Shown one piece after another: positions 41,326 through 51,668 of a DNA stretch of 64,000 nt. Numbering within the stretch: position 1 is the stretch's first letter; each line of letters begins with the position of its first letter. The translations under genes and the position numbers were made by a program. The stretch covers positions 8,382-72,381 of the forward strand of contig JAQVCS010000012.1 in NCBI GenBank assembly GCA_028689675.1, read 5' to 3'. Source of the DNA: Desulfovibrionaceae bacterium. Its GTDB lineage: Bacteria; Desulfobacterota; Desulfovibrionia; Desulfovibrionales; Desulfovibrionaceae. The notes under the pieces are model-generated. The model ran no database searches. It was given only the letters and a program-made list of their open reading frames with translations, and was not told where the DNA came from.

Positions 41326-42315
41326 TCAGCCCGTGCAAAGGCCACAGGCCGCGCGCAGGCTGGGCAGGTCTGAGGGCACACTAAGCCTGTGCCGCACCAA
41401 ACGCTGCCAGCTAAAAAGGGGAATAAGCTCTGCCGCACTGCGGGGCACAGGCTGTGCCTGCAGGCCAGCCCAGCAGGCTAACAAACCCACAAGCTGCCTA
41501 GCAGTCATGCCCTGCTGGCGTATGTAGCGTATAGCCAAGCTGCTGTGGCGCTTTGCCAAGCGCTCACCCTGCTCATCCACCAATAAAGCTATATGCCCAT
41601 ACTGCGGTATGCTTTCAGCCCCCAGCAGACGCAATAAGGCTATTTGGCGCGGGGTGGAGACAAGAATATCCTGTCCGCGCACCACCTGCGTAATGCCCAT
41701 GGCATAATCATCCACAGCCACGGCAAGCTGGTAGGCCACCACACCATCAGAACGGCACAGGGCAAAATCTCCACCAATATCATGCAGGCAGCACTGCTGC
41801 GCCCCATACAGGGCATCATTGAAGCTAATGGGCTCTGAAGGGCAAAGCAAGCGCAGGGCAGGTTTGCGCCCAGCAGCCAGCTTTGCCTGCCTTTCGGCGG
41901 CACTCAGCCCCCTGCATGTGCCGGGGTAGGCAGCCCCTGCATCGCCCCAATGCGGTGCACCTGCAAGCGAACGCAGCTCTTTGCGTGTACAAAAACAGGG
42001 ATAGGCAAGGCCGCGCTTTTGCAAAGACTGCAAAGCCTCCTGATACAAAGGCAGCCTTTCATGCTGTGTATAGGGGGCATATTGCCCGCCAATATCTGAG
42101 CCTTCGTCCCAGTCAAGCCCCAGCCAGCGCAAATCTTCCATAAGTGCAAGGGCATATTCTGGCCGCGAGCGCTGCGGGTCAATATCTTCCATGCGCAGCA
42201 CAACCTGCCCGCCTTCATGCCGCGCTGCCAGCCATGCAAGTAAAAAAGCCCAAGCATTGCCTATGTGCATATAGCCTGTAGGGCTGGGGGCAAGCCTGCC
42301 GCGCACCATGTGCAT
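41326..42315 (-). CDS. gluQ: tRNA glutamyl-Q(34) synthetase (GluQRS)
   Basis: A truncated GluRS catalytic domain without an anticodon-binding domain (GRLAPSPTGYMHIGNA...LRMEDID..R). Length is about 329 aa. Confidence 0.85.
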   Translation of the reverse strand: MHMVRGRLAPSPTGYMHIGNAWAFLLAWLAARHEGGQVVLRMEDIDPQRSRPEYALALMEDLRWLGLDWDEGSDIGGQYAPYTQHERLPLYQEALQSLQKRGLAYPCFCTRKELRSLAGAPHWGDAGAAYPGTCRGLSAAERQAKLAAGRKPALRLLCPSEPISFNDALYGAQQCCLHDIGGDFALCRSDGVVAYQLAVAVDDYAMGITQVVRGQDILVSTPRQIALLRLLGAESIPQYGHIALLVDEQGERLAKRHSSLAIRYIRQQGMTARQLVGLLACWAGLQAQPVPRSAAELIPLFSWQRLVRHRLSVPSDLPSLRAACGLCTG

Positions 42316-42324
42316 AGCCTTTCC

Positions 42325-43443
42325 CTATTTTTCCTTTGCACGGGAAGGCTGTTTTTTTTCTTTTGGCGCATTCCTGCTTACGGGCTGTTTTTCTTTTCTA
42401 TTTTGGCGGTTTTTTTCCTGTCTGGACTGCTCTCTGCTGGAAGCAGCGCGCTGCTTTTCCTTATTCTTTTTTTCGCTACGGGCTTTTTCTTTGTTGGCAG
42501 CCGCTCTTTCACGGGCGGCCTTTTCCTGACGGGCGGCCTTTTCACGAGCAGCTTTCTCTTGGCGCGAAGCACTTGCGCCAGAGCGCGCTTTTGCTTTTTC
42601 AGAGCGATCTCTTGTTAAGCTGGCGCGCACCTGCTTTGTTTCTTCAGCACGGCTGGCACGGTGGCGAGCGGCGGCTTTTTCTCTTTCTTGAGCACGGCGC
42701 GCGGCAACAGTATCTTTTTCTCGTGTACGGCGCGACGATGCCGTGCTGGCTTTTTCTTTACTGCTGCGCGTGTTTGCCGCTATGGCCTTTTCCTGACTGC
42801 GGTGCTGGCGGTTACGGCGCTGGGCATAGTCCTGCTTGTAATCAGCAATTAAATTTTCCACTTCAGCAAGGCGCTCATCGTCCACATCGGTGCTTAAGCG
42901 GCGCGCCCCTGTATAGGTACGGCGAAAGTAATCCTGATCCATCGACACAATAACCACATTTTTATTGCGCCTTGGGCTATGAATAAACTTGCCGTCCCCC
43001 ACATAAATGCCCACATGGTTCCAGCCACGGCGGGAATCACGAAAAGTAACAATATCCCCCGCCTGCAAATTATCGCGCCGCACAGAATAGCCTATGCGCG
43101 ACTGCTCTGAAGCGGAGCGCGGCAATTTCACACCAAAATGACTGTATGCCCACCGCACAAAGCCAGAGCAGTCAAAGCCGCGCAAATCTGTGCCGCCAGC
43201 CACATAGGGTGTGCCCAAGGCAGATTTGGCCACGTCCACCAGCATTTTTTTGGGTGGTGGTGTTTTTTGCCCCTTGGCGGCAATAGGCGTAACAGGATAG
43301 ACCTCACGACCGCGTGAGGCATTCTGCATAGAGGCCAATTCCGCTTTGGGCAAAGTGCAGGCTGCCCCTTGTTCATTACGCTTGGCACAGGCCGCTGTGC
43401 ACAGCAGCACTAGCCCCAGCAAGACAAAACACGCCCTTTTCAT
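42325..43443 (-). CDS. NlpC/P60 (C40) peptidase lipoprotein with a Lys/Arg/Glu/Ala-rich C-terminal tail of about 170 aa
   Basis: Lipobox LCTAAC, catalytic context FDCSGFVRWAY and HVGIYVGDGKFIHSP. The tail is highly charged and repetitive. Confidence 0.85.
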   Translation of the reverse strand: MKRACFVLLGLVLLCTAACAKRNEQGAACTLPKAELASMQNASRGREVYPVTPIAAKGQKTPPPKKMLVDVAKSALGTPYVAGGTDLRGFDCSGFVRWAYSHFGVKLPRSASEQSRIGYSVRRDNLQAGDIVTFRDSRRGWNHVGIYVGDGKFIHSPRRNKNVVIVSMDQDYFRRTYTGARRLSTDVDDERLAEVENLIADYKQDYAQRRNRQHRSQEKAIAANTRSSKEKASTASSRRTREKDTVAARRAQEREKAAARHRASRAEETKQVRASLTRDRSEKAKARSGASASRQEKAAREKAARQEKAARERAAANKEKARSEKKNKEKQRAASSREQSRQEKNRQNRKEKQPVSRNAPKEKKQPSRAKEK

Positions 43444-43446
43444 AGG

Positions 43447-44220
43447 CTAACGCACTGTGCGCTCAATGCACGCAAAGGCATTATGGTTGTGAATTGATTC
43501 CATACTTTCCACCTCGATGGTAAACCATGTAACATGCTTATGCTCTTGTAATTGCACCGCCACATTACGCACCACGTCTTCCACAAAGCAAGGGTGGGCA
43601 AAGGCGTCTTCAGTCACATATTTTTCATCTTCCCGCTTCAGCAAAGAATACACAGGGGACGAACCAGAAGATTCTGCAATGGTAATAAATTCTTCAATCC
43701 ATGCAAAGCCGCTCATACGCACAGCAAGGTGCACCATGGTGCGCTGGCTGTGCGCCCCTTCATTGCTGATTGCCTTAGAACAGGGGCACACTGTCATAAC
43801 AGGCACGTCCAGCTCAAGCAAAAATTCCATTTTGCCCTCGCCCAGCTCACCAGTCAGGCAGCATTGATAAGCCACTGTGCTGGTTATGCCCGAGGCTGGG
43901 GCTGGCTTGCGTATAAAATAGGGGAAACGAATCACTACACAAGCCTTGCGGGCTTCTAAGCGCTTTTTTACGTCCTGAAGCAGGCTTTTTATGGAATAAT
44001 AATCTATTTCTTCGTTCCATGTGTCCAGCGCCGCCACAAAGCGGCTCATATGCGTGCCCTTAAATGCCGAGGGTAATTCTACCCCCATATCCACCGTAGC
44101 CACAGTTTGCTGCCGCCCATTGGTACGGTCGCGCACCCACAGGGGCACGCGCAAGTGCCGCACACCTACTTTATCAATACTTACCGCTACTTGCGGTGCG
44201 CCACTTTGCACATCTTCCAT
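43447..44220 (-). CDS. folE2: GTP cyclohydrolase FolE2 (GCYH-IB / MptA family)
   Basis: Family-typical VGV..L..P......TVA.....V.LP...KGTHMSRF, and CPCSK.IS..GAHSQR. Confidence 0.88.
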   Translation of the reverse strand: MEDVQSGAPQVAVSIDKVGVRHLRVPLWVRDRTNGRQQTVATVDMGVELPSAFKGTHMSRFVAALDTWNEEIDYYSIKSLLQDVKKRLEARKACVVIRFPYFIRKPAPASGITSTVAYQCCLTGELGEGKMEFLLELDVPVMTVCPCSKAISNEGAHSQRTMVHLAVRMSGFAWIEEFITIAESSGSSPVYSLLKREDEKYVTEDAFAHPCFVEDVVRNVAVQLQEHKHVTWFTIEVESMESIHNHNAFACIERTVR

Positions 44221-44639
44221 TATACAAGGTCCTGTCCTGTTGTGGTCAAGGTAAAGGTGCCGTGCTTAATGCCGCGGCAGGAAACAAGCCTGTTGGCCAA
44301 ATCGCGCACCGCTGCGGCCTCGCCTTTGAGCACTAGTACCTCAAGGCAATTGTGATGGTCAAGGTGCACATGCAGGGTGGCAACAATGGAATCGTGCGAC
44401 TCATGCTGCAAATCAATCAGGCGCTGCGCCAAGTCACTTTTGTGGTGGTCATACACCAGTGTTAGCGTGCCAGCCCCCTGCCCTTCGGCTTTTTCCCACG
44501 CTTGTGCCACAAGGGCATTGCGAATAAGAGCGCGCAGGGCTTCAGAACGGTTGGTATAGCCTTTAGAAGCGCTCATGGCGTCAAATTGCTGCAACAAATC
44601 TTCATCCAGTGAGACGCCAAAACGGGTCAATGCGCCCAT
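44220..44639 (-). CDS. nikR: Nickel-responsive regulator NikR
   Basis: N-terminal ribbon-helix-helix ([13 protein letters not shown]......GY.NRSEA.R.LIR). The C-terminal metal-binding domain carries [12 protein letters not shown]. The ATG at 44639 was chosen as the start. Confidence 0.88.
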   Translation of the reverse strand: MGALTRFGVSLDEDLLQQFDAMSASKGYTNRSEALRALIRNALVAQAWEKAEGQGAGTLTLVYDHHKSDLAQRLIDLQHESHDSIVATLHVHLDHHNCLEVLVLKGEAAAVRDLANRLVSCRGIKHGTFTLTTTGQDLV

Positions 44640-44656
44640 GCTTGCTCCTGCTTGTT

Positions 44657-45355
44657 TTAAAAAATAGGACGGGATGCGCGGCGTGTCAATTCCCACACAT
44701 GCACAGTTACAGGCACAGGCTGGGCATACAGAGGCTCTACTGTGCGGGTGAACACTCGCTTACCATCCCAACCGCGCTGGTGCAATGCTGTGCGAAAGGC
44801 ATCATACACTCTGCGCCCCGGTTCTGCCACCCATGCCCTGCCCTGCGGTGCAAGGCTGTGTTCCAAAAAAGAAAGCACAGGCGCAACAAAGCGGGTTTCA
44901 TACATGATATCCCCACCCCACAGCACATCTATACTGCCCGCGGCAAGGGCTGGCTGCCGCCAGTCCATTACTGTCCACAGGGGGGAGGGCACGGCATTGT
45001 GCTGGGCATTCAGGGCTGCAAAGGTAAGGGCGTCCTGCTCATAATCCATAGCCAGCACGCGCGCACCCAGCCACTGCCCCACCAAGGCGCTCAGCCCAAG
45101 GCCACAGCCAAGGTCTAGGCAACGCTTGCCTGCAATATGCTGGCGCTGCTCATGCAGCCATTGGCACAAGGCCACGCTGGCAGGCCACAGCTCTGTCCAA
45201 TAGGGCAGGCGCTCGTCTTCAAAATCATCATCGGGGGCAGAGCTCATGGCGTCCCATAACTCTTCCAAATTATGCGCTCTTTCTAAATGCCATTGCTTAC
45301 CGCACACGGTAATGTTGATGTGCGGAGTATACGCGCTGAATTTCTCGCTGTCCAT
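44657..45355 (-). CDS. Class I SAM-dependent methyltransferase (Methyltransf_16-like, possible protein-lysine methyltransferase)
   Basis: SAM motif [14 protein letters not shown], plus LWPAS..L..W upstream. Confidence 0.65.
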   Translation of the reverse strand: MDSEKFSAYTPHINITVCGKQWHLERAHNLEELWDAMSSAPDDDFEDERLPYWTELWPASVALCQWLHEQRQHIAGKRCLDLGCGLGLSALVGQWLGARVLAMDYEQDALTFAALNAQHNAVPSPLWTVMDWRQPALAAGSIDVLWGGDIMYETRFVAPVLSFLEHSLAPQGRAWVAEPGRRVYDAFRTALHQRGWDGKRVFTRTVEPLYAQPVPVTVHVWELTRRASRPIF

Positions 45356-45518
45356 ACCGTTCAATCCTTGCCGAAGACTATACAGCACGAATACAGCACG
45401 CCACAAGCAAAAAGTCTTCCCCCCAAAAGAGGGTAAAAGCGGCGGCTGTCTTGTGCCTTGTCAAGCAAAAAAGGCCGCCCCGAAAGACGACCTTTTTGCA
45501 TCATTGCCGCAGCAATGA

Positions 45519-45785
45519 TTATGCTTCAATACCGTTCACAGCGCGAGCCAGACGGGAAACACGGCGAGAGGCTTTCTTCCAGTGGATAGCGCCCTTGCCA
45601 GCAACCTTGCTCAGCACAGAAGTAGCTTTGATCAAAGCCTGACCAGCATCTTCTTTGTTCTGTGCCTGAATGGCGGCACGCACTTCTTTAATAACATTTT
45701 TGACACGCGTACGGGCGGCGCGGTTGTTGGCGGCGCGCTTCACGCTTTGCTTATGACGCTTGATAGCGGACTTGTGGTTAGCCAC
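45519..45785 (-). CDS. rpsT: 30S ribosomal protein S20
   Basis: [16 protein letters not shown]...N is the typical S20 N-terminus. Length is 88 aa. Confidence 0.95.
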   Translation of the reverse strand: MANHKSAIKRHKQSVKRAANNRAARTRVKNVIKEVRAAIQAQNKEDAGQALIKATSVLSKVAGKGAIHWKKASRRVSRLARAVNGIEA

Positions 45786-45886
45786 GGTGTTCCTCCAGTA
45801 TATTACTCAAAAAGAGTTGTTGATTATGGTGTCGAGCGGGTATGTTTACCCTACCAAGGGCAAAGTGTCAAGCAACAGCCCCGAGT

Positions 45887-47959
45887 TTATATCTGCAAGG
45901 CCGCGAAATCTGCCACTGCGGCAAGGCGGCGCAGTAAAGCCCCCAGCATACGCAGGCGGTTTTCACGCAGGGCGGCATCTTCAGCCATAACCATAACCGT
46001 ATCAAAAAAGCCGTCCACAGCGGGGCGCAGCTCTTCCAGCAGGTGCAGCATGGCGGCATAGTCCTGCTGAGCCAGCAGGGCATCAAAGCGCGGCAGCACC
46101 TCTGCCAAGGTGGCGGCAAGGGCTTTGTCGCCGTCTTCAGCCAGCAGGCTTTCTTCCCAGCCCTCGCGGGGCAAAGTGCCCTGCTTGGCAATAATATTGG
46201 CCACGCGCTTAAAGGTTTGCACAGACTGGGCATACTGCTCTGTTTTGCTGAAGGCCTCCAGCGCCGCAAGGCGTTTGGCAGCCAGCCACACATCATTGCA
46301 GCCAGCAATTAGGGCAGCTTCCACCAGCGGGGTTTGGGCAGAGCCAGCCTGAAAATAATTCTTGACGCGCCCATGATAAAATTCTTCCAGCTTGGCCAGC
46401 GCAGCCGCAGGCTCCAGCTTCCACTTGCGCTCGCCATACAAGGCCTGTGCCTTGGCAAAGAAAGCGCGTATATCAAAGCGGAAGCCATATTCCAGCTGAA
46501 TACGGATAATGCCCAAAGCGCAGCGGCGCAGGCCATTGGCGTCTGCCGCACCTGTGGGTATCATGCCTAAGCCAAAGCAGCCGGCAAGGGTGTCGGCCTT
46601 ATCGGCCATAGAAAGCAGAGCCCCCAGCACAGAGGCAGGCACAGGGCTTTCAGGGCCAGCAGGCAGGTATTGCTCTGCCAAGGCCTGCGCCACGGCTTCG
46701 GGCTCGCCCATTTTGCGGGCATAAATGCCGCCCATAATGCCTTGCAGGGTGTCAAATTCCCCCACCATGCCCGAAACAAGGTCTGCCTTGGAAAGGCGGC
46801 CAGCACGGGCAGCGGCCACAGGGTCTTGCCCGCATTGCTCGGCAAGCCATGCACACAATTGCTCTAAACGGCGGGTTTTATCGCCCATAGTACCAATAGG
46901 GCCAATAAAAATAACGCTGTCCAGCTTTTTCAGCCATGTTTCAAAGCTTTCATGCAAGTCTTGATGCCAGAAGAAGCGGGCATCTTCCAAGCGGGCACGC
47001 AGCACACGTTCCCAGCCGTGGCGCACTACGTCCATATCTTCGGGGGTCAGGTTGGCCACGGTTAAGAAATAAGGCATCAACGTGCCTTGGGCATCGCGCA
47101 GGCCAAAGCTTTTTTGGTGGCTTTCCATACTGGTCAGCAGCACTTCGGCGGGCACTTCCAAAAACGAGGCATCAAAGCTGCCCAGTACAGGTTCGGGGTG
47201 CTCGCACAAGCCCTGCACTTCATCCAGCAGGCTTTCTTTCCACTGCACCACACCGCCAGCCGCAGCGGCAAGGGCATTGCCGCCCTCTATAATGGCCTTA
47301 CGGCGCAGGCTGTCTTCTGGCTCAACAGCGCCCTGCTCACGAATGACGCGCATATAGTCATTGGCATGTGCCAAAGCAAAAGGGCCAAAACCATGAATGC
47401 GGTGGCCGCAGGTTTGGTTGCTGCTGGCAACAGGCCCCACGCAAAAAGGCACAATAGCATCATCAAACATAGCCAGCACCCAGCGCAGGGGGCGGGCATA
47501 AGCAAAGGTGTGGCTGCCCCATTTCATGCGCTTGCCAAAAGGCAATGCGGCAATAATTGCGGGGCAAATTTCAGCCAGCAGGTCAGCCACGGCAGCCCCG
47601 CCGCTGCGCTTGCGCACAGCCACATACTCGCCCTTGTCCGTTTTGATGGTATACACATCGGCAAGCTGCACAGCATTGGTGCGCACAAAGCCTTCCAGCG
47701 CCTTGCTGGGTTTGCCGTCAACATAGGCCACGCGCACAGGAGGGCCGCTTATTTCTTCTTCCCTTTCAGCCTGAACGGGCTTGACCCCTTCAAGAATAAG
47801 TACAGCGCGGCGCGGCGTGCTCATCACGCGCATGCTCTCGCGCTCAATGCCCGCTTCGTCCAAAGCAGCAGTAAAACGGGCACGCAGTTCGGCCTTTTCC
47901 CCCGCCAGAAAACGGGCGGGCAGTTCTTCACTTCCAATTTCAAGCACAAATGTGGACAT
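45887..47959 (-). CDS. glyS: Glycine--tRNA ligase beta subunit
   Basis: LEIGSEELPARF N-terminus. Length is 690 aa and it lies immediately downstream of glyQ. Confidence 0.94.
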   Translation of the reverse strand: MSTFVLEIGSEELPARFLAGEKAELRARFTAALDEAGIERESMRVMSTPRRAVLILEGVKPVQAEREEEISGPPVRVAYVDGKPSKALEGFVRTNAVQLADVYTIKTDKGEYVAVRKRSGGAAVADLLAEICPAIIAALPFGKRMKWGSHTFAYARPLRWVLAMFDDAIVPFCVGPVASSNQTCGHRIHGFGPFALAHANDYMRVIREQGAVEPEDSLRRKAIIEGGNALAAAAGGVVQWKESLLDEVQGLCEHPEPVLGSFDASFLEVPAEVLLTSMESHQKSFGLRDAQGTLMPYFLTVANLTPEDMDVVRHGWERVLRARLEDARFFWHQDLHESFETWLKKLDSVIFIGPIGTMGDKTRRLEQLCAWLAEQCGQDPVAAARAGRLSKADLVSGMVGEFDTLQGIMGGIYARKMGEPEAVAQALAEQYLPAGPESPVPASVLGALLSMADKADTLAGCFGLGMIPTGAADANGLRRCALGIIRIQLEYGFRFDIRAFFAKAQALYGERKWKLEPAAALAKLEEFYHGRVKNYFQAGSAQTPLVEAALIAGCNDVWLAAKRLAALEAFSKTEQYAQSVQTFKRVANIIAKQGTLPREGWEESLLAEDGDKALAATLAEVLPRFDALLAQQDYAAMLHLLEELRPAVDGFFDTVMVMAEDAALRENRLRMLGALLRRLAAVADFAALQI

Positions 47960-47971
47960 GCCGTACTCCGT

Positions 47972-48841
47972 TTACTTCTTAAGCATGGGGTAGCCCAAAG
48001 CTTCACGCTGGGCAGCATACAGTTTGGCAACGCCAGAGGCCAACACACGCACGCGGCCAATGTAGCCATTGCGTTCGGTAATGGAAATTGCCCCGCGCGC
48101 ATCCAGCAGGTTAAAGGTATGCGAGCACTTCAGGCAATAATCATAGGCAGGCAAGGGCAAATTCTGTTCCAGCAGTGCCTTGCACTCGGCTTCTTGCGCA
48201 TTAAAAAATTCCAGCAACATGGCGGCATTGCTGTATTCAAAATTATATTTGGATTGCTCCACTTCATTTTGATGATAAATGTCGCCATAGCTGACATCAT
48301 TATTCCACTTCAGGTCGTACACAGACTCAACACCCTGCAAATACATGCACAGGCGCTCCAGCCCATAGGTCAGCTCTACACTAACAGGGGAAAGGTCTAT
48401 GCCGCCCACCTGCTGAAAATAGGTGAACTGGCTCACTTCCATGCCGTTCAGCCACACTTCCCAGCCCAAGCCCCACGCGCCCAAGGTGGGCGATTCCCAG
48501 TCATCTTCCACAAAGCGTATGTCGTGGCGCGCTGGGTTAATGCCCAAGGCGTTTAAGCTGCCCAAGTACAGCTCTTGCACATTTTCAGGAGAAGGCTTTA
48601 AAATAACCTGAAACTGAAAATAGCGTTGCAGGCGGTTGGGGTTTTCGCCATAGCGGCCATCTGTAGGGCGGCGCGAGGGCTCAACATAGGCAACATGCCA
48701 AGGCTCTGGCCCCAGCACGCGCAAAAAAGTGTTGGGGTTAAACGTGCCCGCGCCGCATTCCACGCCGCTGGGTTGTTCAATAACGCAGCCCTGCTTTGCC
48801 CAATAGGCTTGCAGGGTTAAAATAACATCCTGAAAATTCAT
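47972..48841 (-). CDS. glyQ: Glycine--tRNA ligase alpha subunit
   Basis: [13 protein letters not shown]...GC......D...GAGT.NP.TFLR matches GlyQ. Confidence 0.95.
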   Translation of the reverse strand: MNFQDVILTLQAYWAKQGCVIEQPSGVECGAGTFNPNTFLRVLGPEPWHVAYVEPSRRPTDGRYGENPNRLQRYFQFQVILKPSPENVQELYLGSLNALGINPARHDIRFVEDDWESPTLGAWGLGWEVWLNGMEVSQFTYFQQVGGIDLSPVSVELTYGLERLCMYLQGVESVYDLKWNNDVSYGDIYHQNEVEQSKYNFEYSNAAMLLEFFNAQEAECKALLEQNLPLPAYDYCLKCSHTFNLLDARGAISITERNGYIGRVRVLASGVAKLYAAQREALGYPMLKK

Positions 48842-48958
48842 GCAATTCCTTCCACTATCAGGCATGAGTTACACTGCTGGGGCACAGCCCCGCTTTTGGC
48901 AGGGCTTGCACCCTGCGCCACCGAAAGGGCATAGCCCCCCCGAACCATATATTCTCTG

Positions 48959-49708
48959 CTACACCTTGCGAAAGCGCCCTTCTTCCCACGCAATGCCCAA
49001 GTGATATTGCACAAAGCCATCTATAGCTCGAGCACAGGCACGGCGCTCGGCGATGGGCAAGCTCAGGGCATAGCGCCCCCACACTGTGGGGGACTGCTGC
49101 TGCACAGCCTGCAGCAGTGCCAGCCCCGCTGCTGGCAGAGGCACAGCATACGGGCTTGACCCGCCGCCGCATTCTTCACAGCGCACAAGGCCTTCATTCA
49201 CCAAAAACAAGGCCGCCCCCTGCACAGCCTTGCCGCATGCGGCACATTGGTGCAGAGCTGGGGCAAAGCCTATTTCTGAAGCCATGCGCAGGCGAAAAAA
49301 CAGGGGCAAAAGCACAGGCAAGGGCGCTGGCTCTTCCAACAAGCGCAGCAAATCTATAAAAACAGCATAAGCACCAGCGGCAGAGTCACTGCCAATGCCC
49401 AGCGCCTCGGCAAAACGGGCACAATTGACAGCCAGCCCCATGCGCAACCAATCAGTACGCAGGCGCTGCGGTGCACGCAGTAGCACGGCTTCTTCAAGGT
49501 TGACGTATTTGCCATAGGCCGTGGTTTTGCAGCGGCACGAAAGCACATTAAACACATCAAGACAACCGCAAAAACGCCTGCGGCTGCGGCTGCCCCCAAA
49601 AGCAAAAGCCGTAAACACGCCTCTGCTTTGCGAAAAGAGGCGTACCCATAAGTCCGCCTCCCTGAACTGCCCCGTTTGCAGCACAAGGGCGGTGTCATTC
49701 CACTCCAT
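48959..49708 (-). CDS. recO: DNA repair protein RecO
   Basis: OB-fold N-terminus (....ALVL....FREADL.V.LF....G) and a C-terminal CxxC...CxxC zinc motif (CAACG...CEECG). Confidence 0.82.
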   Translation of the reverse strand: MEWNDTALVLQTGQFREADLWVRLFSQSRGVFTAFAFGGSRSRRRFCGCLDVFNVLSCRCKTTAYGKYVNLEEAVLLRAPQRLRTDWLRMGLAVNCARFAEALGIGSDSAAGAYAVFIDLLRLLEEPAPLPVLLPLFFRLRMASEIGFAPALHQCAACGKAVQGAALFLVNEGLVRCEECGGGSSPYAVPLPAAGLALLQAVQQQSPTVWGRYALSLPIAERRACARAIDGFVQYHLGIAWEEGRFRKV

Positions 49709-49709
49709 G

Positions 49710-50543
49710 CTACTGGGGCTGGGGCAGCGTTAAGGTATATTTGCCGCTTTTTGAAATTTTTTCCAAATCTTTACCATTGTGCGTAAGGCGCACACCGCCC
49801 ACGTTGCCAAAAATGACACGCAGCTTGTCTTTAAAAGCCAAGGCTAACGTATCCCCCTTTTGCAAAGTGCGCTCCACCCCTTTTTCTTCATCCACGGCAT
49901 ACGAAATCCAGCAGCGGCTTACAGCACTGATAACCAAAGTTTGCCCAGCCGCGGGCACAGCAGCCTCTGGCGTTGGGGCAGCGCTGGCGGGGCTTGTGCC
50001 TGCTGGCGCACTTGCCGCCGGGGCAGAGGCTGGGCTTACAAGCGCAGGCTCTGGCGCAGGGCTGCTTGCCTGCGCTTTTATGGGAGCTTCTGCTGGGGCA
50101 GCGGGGCTGAGGCTGCTTGTTTCCACCTTTTCCGTGCTGACAAGGCTTTTGAGCGCAGACCAGTTGGCATAGACAGCATACGAGCCCAAAGCCACCAGCA
50201 CCAGCAAGCCCACAGGCAGCAAAAAGCGAAGCAACAGGCGCATATCAAAAGTGCTGGAGGAAGCCACAGGCTCATACAGCAGGGTAACAGGTGCAACCGC
50301 GGCAAATTCTGCAATTTCTTCAAGCTGTTTGTTCAGCGCTTCCTTTGGTATTCCCAAAAAAAGGCCATAAGAACGGCTGAAGTTGCGCACAAAGGCAATT
50401 TGCGGCAATGCCGCTTGCTCTCCATTTTCCAGAGCCCGCAAAAACGAGGAGCTTAATTTGAGGCTCTCTGCTGCGTTTTCAATACTCAGCCCGCGTTCTT
50501 CACGGGTCTGGCGCAAGGCTGCACCAAATTCGCTTAAGGTCAT
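49710..50543 (-). CDS. RodZ-like protein (XRE-type HTH, one TM segment, Ala/Pro/Ser-rich linker, DUF4115-like C-terminus)
   Basis: N-terminal HTH (LRQTREERGLSIENAAESLKLSSSFLRALE), then the TM segment LLLRFLLPVGLLVLVALGSYAVY. Confidence 0.7.
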   Translation of the reverse strand: MTLSEFGAALRQTREERGLSIENAAESLKLSSSFLRALENGEQAALPQIAFVRNFSRSYGLFLGIPKEALNKQLEEIAEFAAVAPVTLLYEPVASSSTFDMRLLLRFLLPVGLLVLVALGSYAVYANWSALKSLVSTEKVETSSLSPAAPAEAPIKAQASSPAPEPALVSPASAPAASAPAGTSPASAAPTPEAAVPAAGQTLVISAVSRCWISYAVDEEKGVERTLQKGDTLALAFKDKLRVIFGNVGGVRLTHNGKDLEKISKSGKYTLTLPQPQ

Positions 50544-50561
50544 ATTTATACCCTCGGGAGT

Positions 50562-51479
50562 TTACAGGCGGATATCAATGATGGCCTTGCTGCGCAATTG
50601 GCTCATATATTCTTCAAAACGTTCACGCGCTTTGGGCTCTCGCAACAGGTCATCAATTTGCGGTTTGGCTTCTTCAAAAGAAAGCGGCCTTCTTTCCCCC
50701 TGCCGCTCAATGAGCTGCACCTGAGCTTTGTGACCATCAAGGTTAAAGACAGCAGACACCTGCCCATTGCTCAAGCCCTGCAATTTACTGCGCAGCACTG
50801 GGGTCAGCTTGTCTTCGGGCACAGAGCCCAAGTCGCCACCTTTTTCCCTGTTGGGGCCTATGGTCATTTTAGAAGCAGCTTCGGCAAAGGGAATTTTTCC
50901 CAAGCGAATGGGCTCGGCATATTTCAGGGCTTCTTTGCTTGGGGGGTACACCAGCAGAGCAACATGCACTGTGGGCTGTGTGGAAAAAGAAGCTTTGTGC
51001 GCTTCATAATAGGCTTTTATTTCTTCCTGACTGACCACAACCTTGCGTGCCACTTGCGCGCCCATTATTTTTTGCCGCAGCAAGCTGCTTTTTATTCTGC
51101 TGCGCAATGATGTGGGGTTTAGGCCTTCTGAAGCCAGTTTTTTTGCAAAATCATCACGCTTCAGGCCGCTTTGTTCCATAATGCGGGCAATTTCGCCATC
51201 CACTTCCTGATCGCTGATAGCAACTTTTAAGCGGGCGGCTTCATGCTCTAACAGCAGGTCGGTTACCATTTCTTGCAGCACCTTTTTTTGCAGCTCGGTG
51301 GCGGCAGGGCTGCCCATGCTGACCTTACGGCGCAGCAATTCGGGCTTGAGCGCCTGCTCCAAATCAAACATAGTAATCATTCTGCCATTAACTACGGCCG
51401 CAACTTTATTCGCTGGCGCGGCATGAGCTGGAGCCGCCGCCATGAGGCAGCACACAAGAAAAAGCAATAATTTTTTCAA
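50562..51479 (-). CDS. SurA-like periplasmic peptidyl-prolyl isomerase/chaperone
   Basis: Signal peptide LKKLLLFLVCCLMAAAPAHA, a SurA N-domain pattern and a PpiC-type rotamase region. The likely start is the TTG at 51479, 6 nt after GGGAGA. Confidence 0.75.
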   Translation of the reverse strand: MKKLLLFLVCCLMAAAPAHAAPANKVAAVVNGRMITMFDLEQALKPELLRRKVSMGSPAATELQKKVLQEMVTDLLLEHEAARLKVAISDQEVDGEIARIMEQSGLKRDDFAKKLASEGLNPTSLRSRIKSSLLRQKIMGAQVARKVVVSQEEIKAYYEAHKASFSTQPTVHVALLVYPPSKEALKYAEPIRLGKIPFAEAASKMTIGPNREKGGDLGSVPEDKLTPVLRSKLQGLSNGQVSAVFNLDGHKAQVQLIERQGERRPLSFEEAKPQIDDLLREPKARERFEEYMSQLRSKAIIDIRL

Positions 51480-51668
51480 AACATGTCTCCCATGGGGGTG
51501 TATACGCGCAGGCAAAATGAGTGCCGTGCATTCCTGAACCAAATAATGCTCCCATAAACAGGGGAACGTGTGGCAGAATACCCTCTTTCTTCAGAACATG
51601 CAATGCAGGCTCTGGGTGGCACAACGGCCAAGGCGTGCACACAAAAAATGGACATTGCAGGGCAGGCT

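Noticed and set aside
45816-45880. A possible fourth copy of the roughly 99-nt element upstream of rpsT.
   Set aside because: Only the attatggt.tcgag block matches well and the remainder is too degenerate. The same DNA read on the minus strand contains a plausible rpsT promoter (TTGACA, 17 nt, TAAACA), which may explain the conservation. It is mentioned under the copy C finding but not annotated.
47087-48556. A 489-aa ORF on the plus strand, plus many other 60-260-aa ORFs such as 526..1332, 2377..3048, 6858..7622, 12819..13598, 14605..15348 and 28166..28918.
   Set aside because: All lie antisense to, or out of frame within, genes that have unambiguous homology (glyS/glyQ, glpX, ligA, uvrB, cysS and others). 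Their translations are low-complexity Arg/Ala/Gly/His-rich strings typical of shadow ORFs in GC-rich DNA.
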